Sequence record: JN600960.1
Length of the DNA: 39,646 bases
Reading direction: 5' to 3' (one strand)
Source of the DNA: Enterobacteria phage IME10
In this document: in pieces, positions 9,887-18,056 of the stretch
Numbering within the stretch: the first letter of the stretch is position 1
How the letters are laid out: each line of letters starts with the position of its first letter
The notes under the pieces: generated by a model
What the model was told of the DNA's origin: nothing
Database searches by the model: none
What the model saw: the letters and a program-made list of their open reading frames with translations, nothing else
Made by a program: the position numbers and the translations under genes

Positions 9887-11353
9887 ATGAGAAATATGAA
9901 ATTACTCTCAAAAAGACTAGTGGTAATTGTATGTTCTGTATTTATCCTTTCAATTATATTGTGCATACATTTAAGAAAGGGAAACTTTAACCTCAATAAT
10001 ATAAGTAGCGTACAAAATGCTAATGACATATCAACAACCAATAGTATATTGAATGATGATTTAGTGTTTTCCGAAAGATATGATTCCCTTTTTTATTACT
10101 TCGTGCATTCGTTTGTTAAATATTCTTCAGATGATTATGCTCTTGTTAATTATCCTGGGATGCTATCGACGAGTGGGAATAAGACAAACCAAGTTGAGGG
10201 TACGGCAAGGACGCTACCATTAATTGCTGCATGGGTTTATTCTGGAAGAGATTCAACCATTATCGTTAATGGTAATAAGTTAAATATAGTAGATCTGATT
10301 AGGAGTAGTATATTGTCTGGAACTAATCCAAGTTCTGTAAACTATTGGGGGGATATACATGATTATGATCAGAGAATTTTAGAGGCCGCAGATATAGTAA
10401 GAGTCTTATGGCTTACAAAAAAAGAGATATGGAATCACTTAAAAGATAATGAAAAAAATCAGATAGCTTTGTGGCTGGAGCAAGCTGCATCGGCGAAAAC
10501 TGTAAAAAACAATTGGCTACTAGCTCCATTCATAATTCAGAATTTTTTGCAGGATAATGGATATACAGTTAAGGTTAATTACAAAAATTACACAGACTTT
10601 AAGAAAAACTATCTTGAACACGGATGGTTTAGAGATGGAAATGATGGAGAAGTAGATTTCTATAATACTTGGGGTATATCCTATGACTTATTCTGGATAT
10701 CACTTATTACAGATTATGATAATGCTTTTATACTAAAAACACTATCTGAGTCGGCTGATTTCACTTCACATTTAATATCTAAAAATGGCATCCCGCTTGT
10801 TGGTAGAAGTATTTGCTACAGGACTGCAGCACCCACACCTGTTCTAATTGAAGGTCTATTAAAAAATGATGGATATCATCAAGGTTTAGCAAAATCAGCA
10901 TTAGACTATACGTGGAAATATTTTGCAAGCCACAATGCATTAGTATCAGATACATTATCAATGGGGTATTTTAATAATGACAAGCGCTTTGTTGATAATT
11001 ATAGCGGGTCAGGAAGTTGCCTGTGGGGAATAAGGTCGTTAGTTGTCGCTTATATGAATGATAAAAAATCATATATCTGGAATGGGAAATATGAGAGATT
11101 GCCTATTGATAATTCTGATTTCATTATCAATGCAGATAAACTTGGTTGGATAGTTGAGGGTAATAAAGATAGTGGAGAGATAAGGGTTATTATACCTGCA
11201 AACGAAAAAAACTCACCAAAGATAAATGATACCAATAAACTTAAAGAAGTTATATGGAGAGTTCTTGGTAAAGCAGGAAGAACTAATCAACATGACATTG
11301 AGTACCTAAAGCCATATTACTCATCACTAGAGCCTATATCTGACGTTGAGTGA
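9887..11353 (+). CDS. AT-rich cargo gene: membrane-anchored protein of unknown function (N-terminal TM helix, ~450 aa extracytoplasmic domain)
   Basis: 488 aa ORF with visibly lower GC than flanks; hydrophobic N-terminal segment LVVIVCSVFILSIILCI; sits between tailspike and attP/int, the classical lysogenic-conversion slot of P22-like phages. Confidence 0.6.
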   Translation: MRNMKLLSKRLVVIVCSVFILSIILCIHLRKGNFNLNNISSVQNANDISTTNSILNDDLVFSERYDSLFYYFVHSFVKYSSDDYALVNYPGMLSTSGNKTNQVEGTARTLPLIAAWVYSGRDSTIIVNGNKLNIVDLIRSSILSGTNPSSVNYWGDIHDYDQRILEAADIVRVLWLTKKEIWNHLKDNEKNQIALWLEQAASAKTVKNNWLLAPFIIQNFLQDNGYTVKVNYKNYTDFKKNYLEHGWFRDGNDGEVDFYNTWGISYDLFWISLITDYDNAFILKTLSESADFTSHLISKNGIPLVGRSICYRTAAPTPVLIEGLLKNDGYHQGLAKSALDYTWKYFASHNALVSDTLSMGYFNNDKRFVDNYSGSGSCLWGIRSLVVAYMNDKKSYIWNGKYERLPIDNSDFIINADKLGWIVEGNKDSGEIRVIIPANEKNSPKINDTNKLKEVIWRVLGKAGRTNQHDIEYLKPYYSSLEPISDVE

Positions 11354-11388
11354 TAACTTTATATTAATTGTTATTTGACATATGTTTT

Positions 11389-11409
11389 AAGGTGGCATTA
11401 TGCCACCTT
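11389..11409. terminator. Bidirectional intrinsic terminator hairpin between the convergent cargo gene and int
   Basis: Perfect inverted repeat AAGGTGGCA-TTA-TGCCACCTT followed by TT; overlaps the int stop codon. Confidence 0.5.
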
Positions 11410-12591
11410 TTCATCAAGCCAGTCCGCCCACCACTGCATCATTTCTCTGCGCTTATCGAGATACTGAGCATGGTTGTAAATCCCACGCACAGATCCGCCG
11501 TTGGCATGTGCCAGTTGCACTTCAATAGCGTCAGCAGGCCATTCGTGCTCGTTCATAATTGTGCTGAATTCATGCCTGAATCCGTGACCGCTTTCCAGAC
11601 CCTCATAGCCGATTTGTTTGATCACAAGCAATACTGCGTTCTCGCAGATTGGCTTCTTCTTATCGTTGCGCCCGGCAAAAACAAACTCTGATACTGGTTT
11701 AGTGATTGAGCTTAGTGTAGTGAGAAGTTCAACTACCTGGTCTGACATAGGAACCACATGAATTTTGCGTCCCTTCATCACACTGGCGTCAATGGTGATA
11801 ATCATGTTTTCAAAATCGACGTTCTTCCATTGCATGGAACGAAGCTCTTTTGTTCTGAGGGCTGTGTAGCGTAAAACTTTTGTCGCAATGAGCGATACGA
11901 TACTTCCTGAAAATGTTGCAAGTGCTTTGTTGAATGCCGGGATCTGGTCGGCAGGAAGAAACGGGAAGTTCTTCTTGCGGTATCCCTTCATGGCGTCAGC
12001 AAGGTCAGGTGCCGGGTTATATTTAGCCCTGCCGGTGACAATAGCGTAACGGAAAACCTCGCCGCATCTTCTGCGTGCTTTGTTGGCTCGCTCCATTGCA
12101 CCGCGATCTTCAAATCTGCGGATTACTTCCAGCAGTTGCATCGGCTCAATATCCAGAATCTCAAGGCCGCCGATGATAGGTAAAATGTCGTCATCAAACA
12201 TTTTTGCAAGTTCAGTCGCATACCCTACTGACCAGACTTGCTTCTTGTGCTCGTACCATTCCTTGTAAATCGCACTAAAGGAATTGTTGTTAGACGAAGC
12301 CTTTTTCGCTTTTACCGGATCGATGCCAACCGAGATGTCTTTCCTCGCGGTCCATGCTTTATCTCTTGCCTCCTGCAAAGTCATTAGCGGATATTTTCCT
12401 ACGGTCAGGATTTTCTCCTTACCGTCAATCTTGTAGCGAAGCTGCCATACCTTTTTCCCTGACACAGGGACATAAAGGTACAGGCCATTACCATCGAGTA
12501 GGCGGTATGGTTTTTCTTTCGGCTTTGCTGCTTCAATCTGCTTAACGGTGAGCATGGGTAAAAATCCGGTGGGTAAAATTATTTTATCCAC
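11398..12591 (-). CDS. int: Tyrosine integrase, P4-like (DUF4102-type N-terminal arm-binding domain)
   Basis: C-terminal catalytic motifs HGFRHEFST and GIYNHAQY; N-terminal LTVKQIEAAKPKEKPYRL; annotated start is GTG at 12591, a more likely ATG start (MLTVKQ) is at 12555. Confidence 0.9.
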   Translation of the reverse strand: MDKIILPTGFLPMLTVKQIEAAKPKEKPYRLLDGNGLYLYVPVSGKKVWQLRYKIDGKEKILTVGKYPLMTLQEARDKAWTARKDISVGIDPVKAKKASSNNNSFSAIYKEWYEHKKQVWSVGYATELAKMFDDDILPIIGGLEILDIEPMQLLEVIRRFEDRGAMERANKARRRCGEVFRYAIVTGRAKYNPAPDLADAMKGYRKKNFPFLPADQIPAFNKALATFSGSIVSLIATKVLRYTALRTKELRSMQWKNVDFENMIITIDASVMKGRKIHVVPMSDQVVELLTTLSSITKPVSEFVFAGRNDKKKPICENAVLLVIKQIGYEGLESGHGFRHEFSTIMNEHEWPADAIEVQLAHANGGSVRGIYNHAQYLDKRREMMQWWADWLDEKVA

Positions 12592-12600
12592 TTTTTACCC
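12556..12600. repeat. Cluster of GGGTAAAA / TTTTACCC octamers, candidate integrase arm-type binding sites
   Basis: GGGTAAAA at 12556 and 12571, inverted copy TTTTACCC ending at 12600; same octamer recurs at 12791 and 12803 on the other side of the att core. Confidence 0.4.
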
Positions 12601-12716
12601 GTCATGGAGTGCGGCTGTCAACGATCTGAAGCGAACCATGACGAACTGTAAATCTACGGAAGGCTTGATATTCAGGGGATTTTGCGGACTGGTACGGATG
12701 AGAGCGAACTGATAAA

Positions 12717-12731
12717 TGGTGTCCCCTGCAG
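12717..12731 (-). other. Candidate attP core matching the 3' end of tRNA-Arg (argW)
   Basis: Minus strand reads CTGCAGGGGACACCA, which matches the 3' end of E. coli argW including CCA as I recall it; lies between int and xis and is flanked by CAGGGGATT direct repeats (12673, 12749). Confidence 0.45.
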
Positions 12732-12790
12732 ACATCTACTTGAAGCGGCAGGGGATTGATTGGAATGGTGTTTTTTAGATGTGAAAAAAA

Positions 12791-12810
12791 TTTTACCCGC
12801 TATTTTACCC
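12791..12810. repeat. Two direct TTTTACCC octamers, candidate arm-type sites
   Basis: TTTTACCC at 12791-12798 and 12803-12810, overlapping the xis stop. Confidence 0.35.
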
Positions 12811-13005
12811 ATTGGCGCGGCTTAAGAGCTTATTTTTGAATTCACAATGGTCACGATATAACCATCTTGCTCGCCCGTGGATAACTTTGGCTTTAGGCAG
12901 GTCCCCGGACTTAATCCGGTCATAGATGAAGGTTTTACCGAAGCCAGTATCGGCCATGATGAATTTCAAATCAACCAGTGAATCAGGCTGTAGTTCGTGT
13001 TGCAT
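12805..13005 (-). CDS. xis: AlpA-family excisionase / transcriptional regulator
   Basis: 66 aa; winged-HTH sequence DLKFIMADTGFGKTFIYDRIKSGDLPKAKV typical of AlpA/Xis partners of P4-type integrases. Confidence 0.75.
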   Translation of the reverse strand: MQHELQPDSLVDLKFIMADTGFGKTFIYDRIKSGDLPKAKVIHGRARWLYRDHCEFKNKLLSRANG

Positions 13006-13024
13006 GAGTGCTATCTCCGAATAG

Positions 13025-13040
13025 GGAATCGAACCTGCAA
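13025..13040 (-). other. tRNA-Arg-like T-arm fragment (no intact tRNA)
   Basis: Minus strand reads TTGCAGGTTCGATTCC, matching the T-stem/loop of argW as recalled; no acceptor or anticodon arm follows. Confidence 0.3.
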
Positions 13041-13049
13041 ATCAGGCAA

Positions 13050-13070
13050 TAAAAAAACCGCATTGATGCG
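13050..13070 (-). terminator. Intrinsic terminator upstream of xis on the leftward transcript
   Basis: Minus strand CCGCA-TCAA-TGCGG followed by T7. Confidence 0.55.
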
Positions 13071-13149
13071 GCGATGGTAGGTCTGGATATCTTGAGAAAT
13101 GAACTGGCCTCATCGAGTGTGAGGCGGTGTGATTTCTTTATTTCCACTC

Positions 13150-13365
13150 TTAATGTTTGTCAGTGAATGGTTTCTCCATCTCCATTAATGCCTTATTCAT
13201 CTCATTTCGTAACTCTATAGCCATCCTGACGGCTTCAACTTGTGCAGGATGTCGGTTAATTGCTGGAGAATATCGTCGGGAACGAAGGATTGAGAAAACA
13301 AAGATAATGCAAGCAACTATCTGAATTGCATTGCATGTTATTGATACAATGTGAATTGCAGCCAT
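13150..13365 (-). CDS. Small membrane protein (71 aa), unknown function
   Basis: Hydrophobic N-terminus IVSITCNAIQIVACIIFVFSIL followed by a basic tail; bracketed by two intrinsic terminators. Confidence 0.5.
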   Translation of the reverse strand: MAAIHIVSITCNAIQIVACIIFVFSILRSRRYSPAINRHPAQVEAVRMAIELRNEMNKALMEMEKPFTDKH

Positions 13366-13373
13366 CTACTACC

Positions 13374-13396
13374 CCCAAAAAAACCGCCATCAGGCG
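13374..13396 (-). terminator. Intrinsic terminator
   Basis: Minus strand CCGCC-TGAT-GGCGG followed by T7, immediately upstream of the 71-aa gene. Confidence 0.55.
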
Positions 13397-13504
13397 GCTT
13401 GGTGTTCTTTCATTTCTTCAATTCGAATATTGGTTACGTCTTATTCGATGCGCAATCCTGGTATTTCGCCTTTTGATATTGCTAAGTCATAAATTTGCGC
13501 AGCA

Positions 13505-13753
13505 CTATACCCATCTCGCATCCATGAATCTAAGGCGCGGAACAGTCTCGCTACGCTTTTTATCTTCTCTCTCATTTTTGATATCAACGAGGACATCAAC
13601 GCAATTAAGGCAAATGTGGATTTTGTCCTTACATTCAATCATGGCGGCTTTACCATGATTTCCGCCACACAGTGAGCATAAATCTTCAGGGTCTGGCTGG
13701 TATTTCTGTAACGTTAGAGGGTTGAATGTTGAACAGACCATAATCATCTCCAT
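13505..13753 (-). CDS. Hypothetical Cys-rich protein (zinc-ribbon-like CxxC pairs)
   Basis: 82 aa ORF with CSLCGG and CLNC motifs; weak RBS; overlaps alternative ORFs, so the start and reality are uncertain. Confidence 0.3.
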   Translation of the reverse strand: MEMIMVCSTFNPLTLQKYQPDPEDLCSLCGGNHGKAAMIECKDKIHICLNCVDVLVDIKNEREDKKRSETVPRLRFMDARWV

Positions 13754-13898
13754 AAAACAAAACCCGCCGTAGCGAGTTCAGATAAAAGAAATCCCCGCGA
13801 GTGCGAGGATTGTTATTGTCTTTTCTTCGTGCATTTGTCGCACTTTCGGCACCATCCAGATAGGCACATCCGTCCGCAATTAACACATATAGGCCACA

Positions 13899-14177
13899 TC
13901 ATTTTTCCTCTTTTGGTTTATGAATCTGAATGGTCATGCCGCTTTGAGTGGTGACTACAATGACAGAACCAGGCTGAAGGCTGTTAAGATTGAATGCTTC
14001 GTAAAACGAATCCAATGCCAGTGCTTTTTTATTCTTTCTGTTCCACCAACGCCACCCCTTGCTACAGGCTACACTGACAATCCACTGTCCACTCCTGTAA
14101 GCCATATAAAACCAGATGAGCAAAACCTGAAGGAAGGCAATCCAGTCAATAATCGTATATTTCGCGAAGGATTCCAT
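13899..14177 (-). CDS. Small membrane protein (92 aa)
   Basis: Start MESFAKY with AGGAGG RBS; hydrophobic segment IIDWIAFLQVLLIWFYMAY; 1-nt start/stop overlap with upstream gene. Confidence 0.55.
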   Translation of the reverse strand: MESFAKYTIIDWIAFLQVLLIWFYMAYRSGQWIVSVACSKGWRWWNRKNKKALALDSFYEAFNLNSLQPGSVIVVTTQSGMTIQIHKPKEEK

Positions 14178-14389
14178 CACTTCACCTCCTGCGCCGTTTT
14201 GATGATTGCTGCCAGACAATTCTTGCAAGGAACAAGCAGCGTTTCCTGCTCAATGCTCAATAGCGCATGCTGAGCATCCTGAAAAAGATATTCGAATGAA
14301 CCAGGCCGATGACCGCACCATGTCTCAATCTCGTGCTTAGGGAGTTTAACTCCCTCTCGATAGTCATATTTGATGATGTGCTTGCTCAC
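14177..14389 (-). CDS. Hypothetical protein (70 aa)
   Basis: ORF ending QEVK-stop with the RBS for the next gene embedded; translationally coupled. Confidence 0.5.
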   Translation of the reverse strand: MSKHIIKYDYREGVKLPKHEIETWCGHRPGSFEYLFQDAQHALLSIEQETLLVPCKNCLAAIIKTAQEVK

Positions 14390-14571
14390 GACTTCACCTC
14401 CTGTTGAGTAGAAACCTGATTTTTGAGTGATTCAGAAATATTCCTGCAATACCTAGCGGATTCATCGTCGAAAATGCTTTCGAAATACTCAGCAATCCAG
14501 CCGAACACAACAACCTGCTCATTGCTTGGATTTGCACTTTGATTGAAGGCGGTTATTAGTGATGCACTCAT
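14386..14571 (-). CDS. Hypothetical protein (61 aa)
   Basis: Start MSASLITAF preceded by AGGAGGTGAAGT; ends QEVKS-stop. Confidence 0.5.
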   Translation of the reverse strand: MSASLITAFNQSANPSNEQVVVFGWIAEYFESIFDDESARYCRNISESLKNQVSTQQEVKS

Positions 14572-14573
14572 AC

Positions 14574-15305
14574 TCACTTCACCTCCTGTTTTGGGGCTGC
14601 TGGAAGAGGCATCCAGTGGGTTATGATTACTTCGCGAGGATTGCAGTCGTCCTCTACTGGCTGCCACTCCGTCCATCCATTGGTTTTATGGACAAAGAAA
14701 TAAGCAGGAATGTAGTCTGGTTCATCTCCTTCAAAATATGTTCCCCAGCAAAGATACAAGCAATTGCTATCAGGCATTCGCTCACTACAGCTTATCCAAC
14801 TATCCGGAGTTCCCGGAGAGTTGCCATTCACAAGGTCAGCTCGAACATATAGCGTGTCATCATGGTGCTGATTGTGGCTGCACCACGTTAATTCGCTTAA
14901 CTCGCCATCTTCTGGCCATACTCCAGCTGTTTGCAGCCAGATATGGGATGGCGCATCTTGGCAAGGTGTATTAACTGGCAACTTGCAAGTTTGGCTTACA
15001 GGTTCGGCTTCCAGTTCTGCTATGCGCTTTTTTGCTGTTTCCAGCTCGCCCAGCAGCGCCAGCACGGTAGCTGTATTGGCTGCGGCGATGAATTCAGCAT
15101 TGGCCTGCTGTTCTATTTGGAAATCTTCATCGAAACCGCTTTCAGGATGCGCTCCTTCAATTCTGCAAATGGGAATATATCCAGCAACTTCACGATGAAT
15201 TAGCGCATCATCACCATCAAATCGGCTCTCTCCATATTCGAGCGACCATACACCACACGTTGCTTTTTCTGCCTTTTCACGCAGTGCCTGATAGTCAATT
15301 TTCAT
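14574..15305 (-). CDS. Ead/Ea22-like protein with C-terminal DUF551-like domain
   Basis: N-terminal DYQALREKAEKATCGVW...ELETAKKRIAELEA resembles Ead/Ea22; C-terminal WISCSERMPD...YFFVHKTNGWTEW resembles DUF551; ends QEVK-stop. Confidence 0.6.
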   Translation of the reverse strand: MKIDYQALREKAEKATCGVWSLEYGESRFDGDDALIHREVAGYIPICRIEGAHPESGFDEDFQIEQQANAEFIAAANTATVLALLGELETAKKRIAELEAEPVSQTCKLPVNTPCQDAPSHIWLQTAGVWPEDGELSELTWCSHNQHHDDTLYVRADLVNGNSPGTPDSWISCSERMPDSNCLYLCWGTYFEGDEPDYIPAYFFVHKTNGWTEWQPVEDDCNPREVIITHWMPLPAAPKQEVK

Positions 15306-15946
15306 ACTCGCCATCCTTCACAGTTGTAATCACGACATCCTTCAAAATCATATGGGTTGTACTGCCAGGTAATTTTTCCGCAATGCGGACAATTCCAGCG
15401 CACCTTACCGCTTCGCGACTTTTTTCTTCTGTTTTGTTTTTTCAACCAGTCAGGTATGACCAAACCTGCGCCCTGAACCATTGTTCTGCGGTTAAAATTA
15501 TTGATATTGAACGTCCGGCGCTTTGCTGCATCGGCAATGGAAAATGGCAACCAAACTATTCCTGGCTCGTTTTTGTTAGCGACGCTAAAGATGGTTGCTT
15601 TACTGAAGTCATCGGTTGGTAGCCCACCATGTTGAAGCCAGTAGACGTCGTTGCCGTTCCAGCTACCTTTTTTGTAGGCTACATACGCAGTGCAATCTGG
15701 CTCAATCAGGTTTTCTGTAGGGATGTACTGGCAATCAACGTGCCACACTGCCATTGTATCCACACTATCGGCACAAACAGGCTGATCTATATCTCGCCCA
15801 CAATTCCAGGCTTTTTGGGCTTCTTCCAGCGTGTAAACATGAGCGCGATCGATATCAGAACTGTAACCATTGCCGTTATGGCAATGGAATGAAGCGTTAT
15901 TACCCACAGTTTCACGCGAGCACATCATGTAAAAACGGTTACTCAC
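15302..15946 (-). CDS. Hypothetical protein with C-terminal zinc-ribbon (CPHCG...C..C)
   Basis: Frame open from GTG at 15946 (AGGAGG 6 nt upstream) or ATG at 15928; C-terminal RWNCPHCGKITWQYNPYDFEGCRDYNCEGW. Confidence 0.5.
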   Translation of the reverse strand: MSNRFYMMCSRETVGNNASFHCHNGNGYSSDIDRAHVYTLEEAQKAWNCGRDIDQPVCADSVDTMAVWHVDCQYIPTENLIEPDCTAYVAYKKGSWNGNDVYWLQHGGLPTDDFSKATIFSVANKNEPGIVWLPFSIADAAKRRTFNINNFNRRTMVQGAGLVIPDWLKKQNRRKKSRSGKVRWNCPHCGKITWQYNPYDFEGCRDYNCEGWRV

Positions 15947-16250
15947 TGGCTGCCTCCTTTGCTGGGCTTTCGAACTTCTGAGTGGTTGTATCAAACTCAA
16001 ACAACTTAACCACGTCATCAAACAGGACATAATCGCCATCAGAATCTTCAGTCATGTCAGCGCCACAATCCTGACCGAACGAGTCACAACCATCCATATC
16101 AAGCTCGTATCGCTTGAGTTTTGCGATATTTGATAAATTCAGCGCCAGTACAGCAAGGTCATAAACCTCTTCGACTGTATACCCTGCGCCATGCCCATAC
16201 ATTTCAATACGGGATATGATTTCTTCTACACGTTGCTTTGTTATTGCCAT
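15939..16250 (-). CDS. Hypothetical acidic protein (103 aa)
   Basis: ORF with GGGAGGTGAG RBS; overlapping start/stop with neighbours. Confidence 0.5.
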   Translation of the reverse strand: MAITKQRVEEIISRIEMYGHGAGYTVEEVYDLAVLALNLSNIAKLKRYELDMDGCDSFGQDCGADMTEDSDGDYVLFDDVVKLFEFDTTTQKFESPAKEAASE

Positions 16251-16612
16251 TTTTGCTCACCTCCCTGTTCTTCCAGAAAAATACGCATAGCCTCAAGCAT
16301 CTCTTCGGTGTCATACGGTGATAACTTGTCACGCAGGATGTGTTCAATGCTGTTAATGAACTTGCGGATTGCTTTGCGTTCAATTTCAGCCAGGACAGCG
16401 TCGGTGGTTGGAGTCCCTTCAACCTTCAGCCCTATAGGGGCCAGGTAATCCTTCAGCCCCGCATTCTCCGCAGCCAGCGCCGCGCATTTAGCTTCAAGTT
16501 CAGCAAATTTACGCACCAGATATTCAGTGTTTGTTTCGTTCACCTTTAAATCTCGTGGGATGCATTTACCTTTCAGAAATCCATCCATCTCAATTAGTGT
16601 CATTTGTTTCAT
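16241..16612 (-). CDS. Hypothetical protein (123 aa)
   Basis: ORF with RBS, coiled-coil-like ELEAKCAALAAENAGLK. Confidence 0.5.
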   Translation of the reverse strand: MKQMTLIEMDGFLKGKCIPRDLKVNETNTEYLVRKFAELEAKCAALAAENAGLKDYLAPIGLKVEGTPTTDAVLAEIERKAIRKFINSIEHILRDKLSPYDTEEMLEAMRIFLEEQGGEQKWQ

Positions 16613-16783
16613 TTCTTCCCACTCCGCAACATAGCATTCAGATATTTGTTTTGATTCACTGATGGAAAAGAATTTCTCTTAAGCAATTCCTCTCTCTATG
16701 GCATTGGCTTTACGCGTTGGCGAATAATCATTTCTGCCGGAAGAATGCCGGGATTGTATGCAAGTCCTCTCATGGTAAATTCC

Positions 16784-17080
16784 TCAGTCATTACTGATAG
16801 CGCCATAACGTGAGCGGTAATTACGCAGGCGCGGGTCGATATATTCAGGGAAGTGGGTATATGTGGCTTTGCGGAATGGTCGGATTGATGTCTGGTAAAT
16901 TCGCTCGCGTTCTTCTTTCTCTGCAAGCCATATACAATGGCGAAATTCCTTTTCCTCTTTCGTTTCCTGCGGTAGCGACATTATCCGATCGTAGTTTTTT
17001 CTGAATTTATCCAGCACCTCCGATACGGAATTGCCGGAACAGCGGCGCGGGTCATCCGCACCATACAGAGGCGCTGGCAT
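16784..17080 (-). CDS. Hypothetical protein (98 aa)
   Basis: ORF with AGGAG RBS 7 nt upstream of ATG; stop of upstream HNH gene 10 nt away. Confidence 0.5.
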   Translation of the reverse strand: MPAPLYGADDPRRCSGNSVSEVLDKFRKNYDRIMSLPQETKEEKEFRHCIWLAEKEERERIYQTSIRPFRKATYTHFPEYIDPRLRNYRSRYGAISND

Positions 17081-17093
17081 GATTTTCTCCTGA

Positions 17094-17573
17094 TTAAATT
17101 GCGTGAATAGCGTGACGAGGGAAGGGGAGAGTTACTGGTTCCTCGTCTGGGTAGATAGGTTTGTTATGTTTGTGCCACTCGACATGACATGACTTGCAGA
17201 GCCACATCACATCGGTTGGTTTGCTGTAGTCGCAGTGGTGCGCCTGTGGTTTACATTCTGATCCGCAGCACTCACATTGTGGTGGTCGGATTAGCTTACC
17301 GTCGCGCAAAAAATTACCCACGATGATGTGGGCTTTTCTTTTCCATGGGTTGCTCTGAATGAACCGCTTTTTGGCTGCGTTACACCGTTCTCTGCCGCGT
17401 TCCGATGATTGATATTCTCTCCTTGCTGATACTCGATGTGGCAATCCCGCGCGCTCTTTGTCGTATTCAGCCAGGCAAGCCCGGCAAGCGGCAGTTAATC
17501 CATCTCTGGATGCTCTTCTGATTTGAAAGTCCATTTCTTCCTTCTGTTGATGGCATCTTGAGCAGATTTTCAT
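17094..17573 (-). CDS. HNH endonuclease family protein
   Basis: Cys/His pattern CECCGSECKPQAHHCDYSKP...WLCKSCHVEWHKHN typical of HNH/His-Me finger nucleases. Confidence 0.65.
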   Translation of the reverse strand: MKICSRCHQQKEEMDFQIRRASRDGLTAACRACLAEYDKERAGLPHRVSARREYQSSERGRERCNAAKKRFIQSNPWKRKAHIIVGNFLRDGKLIRPPQCECCGSECKPQAHHCDYSKPTDVMWLCKSCHVEWHKHNKPIYPDEEPVTLPFPRHAIHAI

Positions 17574-17582
17574 ATTCAGCTC

Positions 17583-18056
17583 CTAGAACGGAATATCCGA
17601 ATCGTCGAAGTTCATAGGTGGTTCGCTGTGATTTCCATGCTGCTGAGGTTGCTGTCTTTGTTGATGACCGTTATTTCGCTGAGGTGAAGACTGTTCATTG
17701 CCTCCTTGCTTGCCACCAAGCATTTGCATGGTTCCACCAACGCCCACGATGACTTCGGTAGTGAACCTATCCTGTCCGCTTTGATCCTGCCATTTTCTTG
17801 TCCGCAATTTTCCTTCAAGATAAACCTCAGAGCCTTTTCGCAGATATTCGCTGGCAATTTCTGCCAGTTTCCCGCTCATTACCACGCGGTGCCACTCCGT
17901 CTGCTCCTTTTGCTCTCCAGTTTGCTTATCACGCCATTGTTCTGACGTAGCAACTGTAAGGTTTGCAAATGCCGTTCCTGATGGTGAATATCTGATTTCT
18001 GGATCATGCCCAAGGCGACCAATAATGATCACCTTATTTACGCCTCTGCTTGCCAT
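17583..18056 (-). CDS. ssb: Single-stranded DNA-binding protein
   Basis: OB-fold N-terminus ([18 protein letters not shown]), Gly/Gln-rich linker, acidic C-terminal tail DDSDIPF. Confidence 0.9.
   Translation of the reverse strand: MASRGVNKVIIIGRLGHDPEIRYSPSGTAFANLTVATSEQWRDKQTGEQKEQTEWHRVVMSGKLAEIASEYLRKGSEVYLEGKLRTRKWQDQSGQDRFTTEVIVGVGGTMQMLGGKQGGNEQSSPQRNNGHQQRQQPQQHGNHSEPPMNFDDSDIPF

Noticed and set aside
13021-13045. Possible intact tRNA gene near xis
   Set aside because: Only a T-arm-like 16-mer is present; no matching acceptor stem, D-arm or anticodon arm, so it is a fragment, not a gene.
13441-13886. Overlapping minus-strand ORFs 13441-13638 and 13686-13886
   Set aside because: Mutually overlapping; 13441-13638 would need a TTG start, and neither has a convincing RBS. 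Only the Cys-rich 13505-13753 frame is retained, at low confidence.
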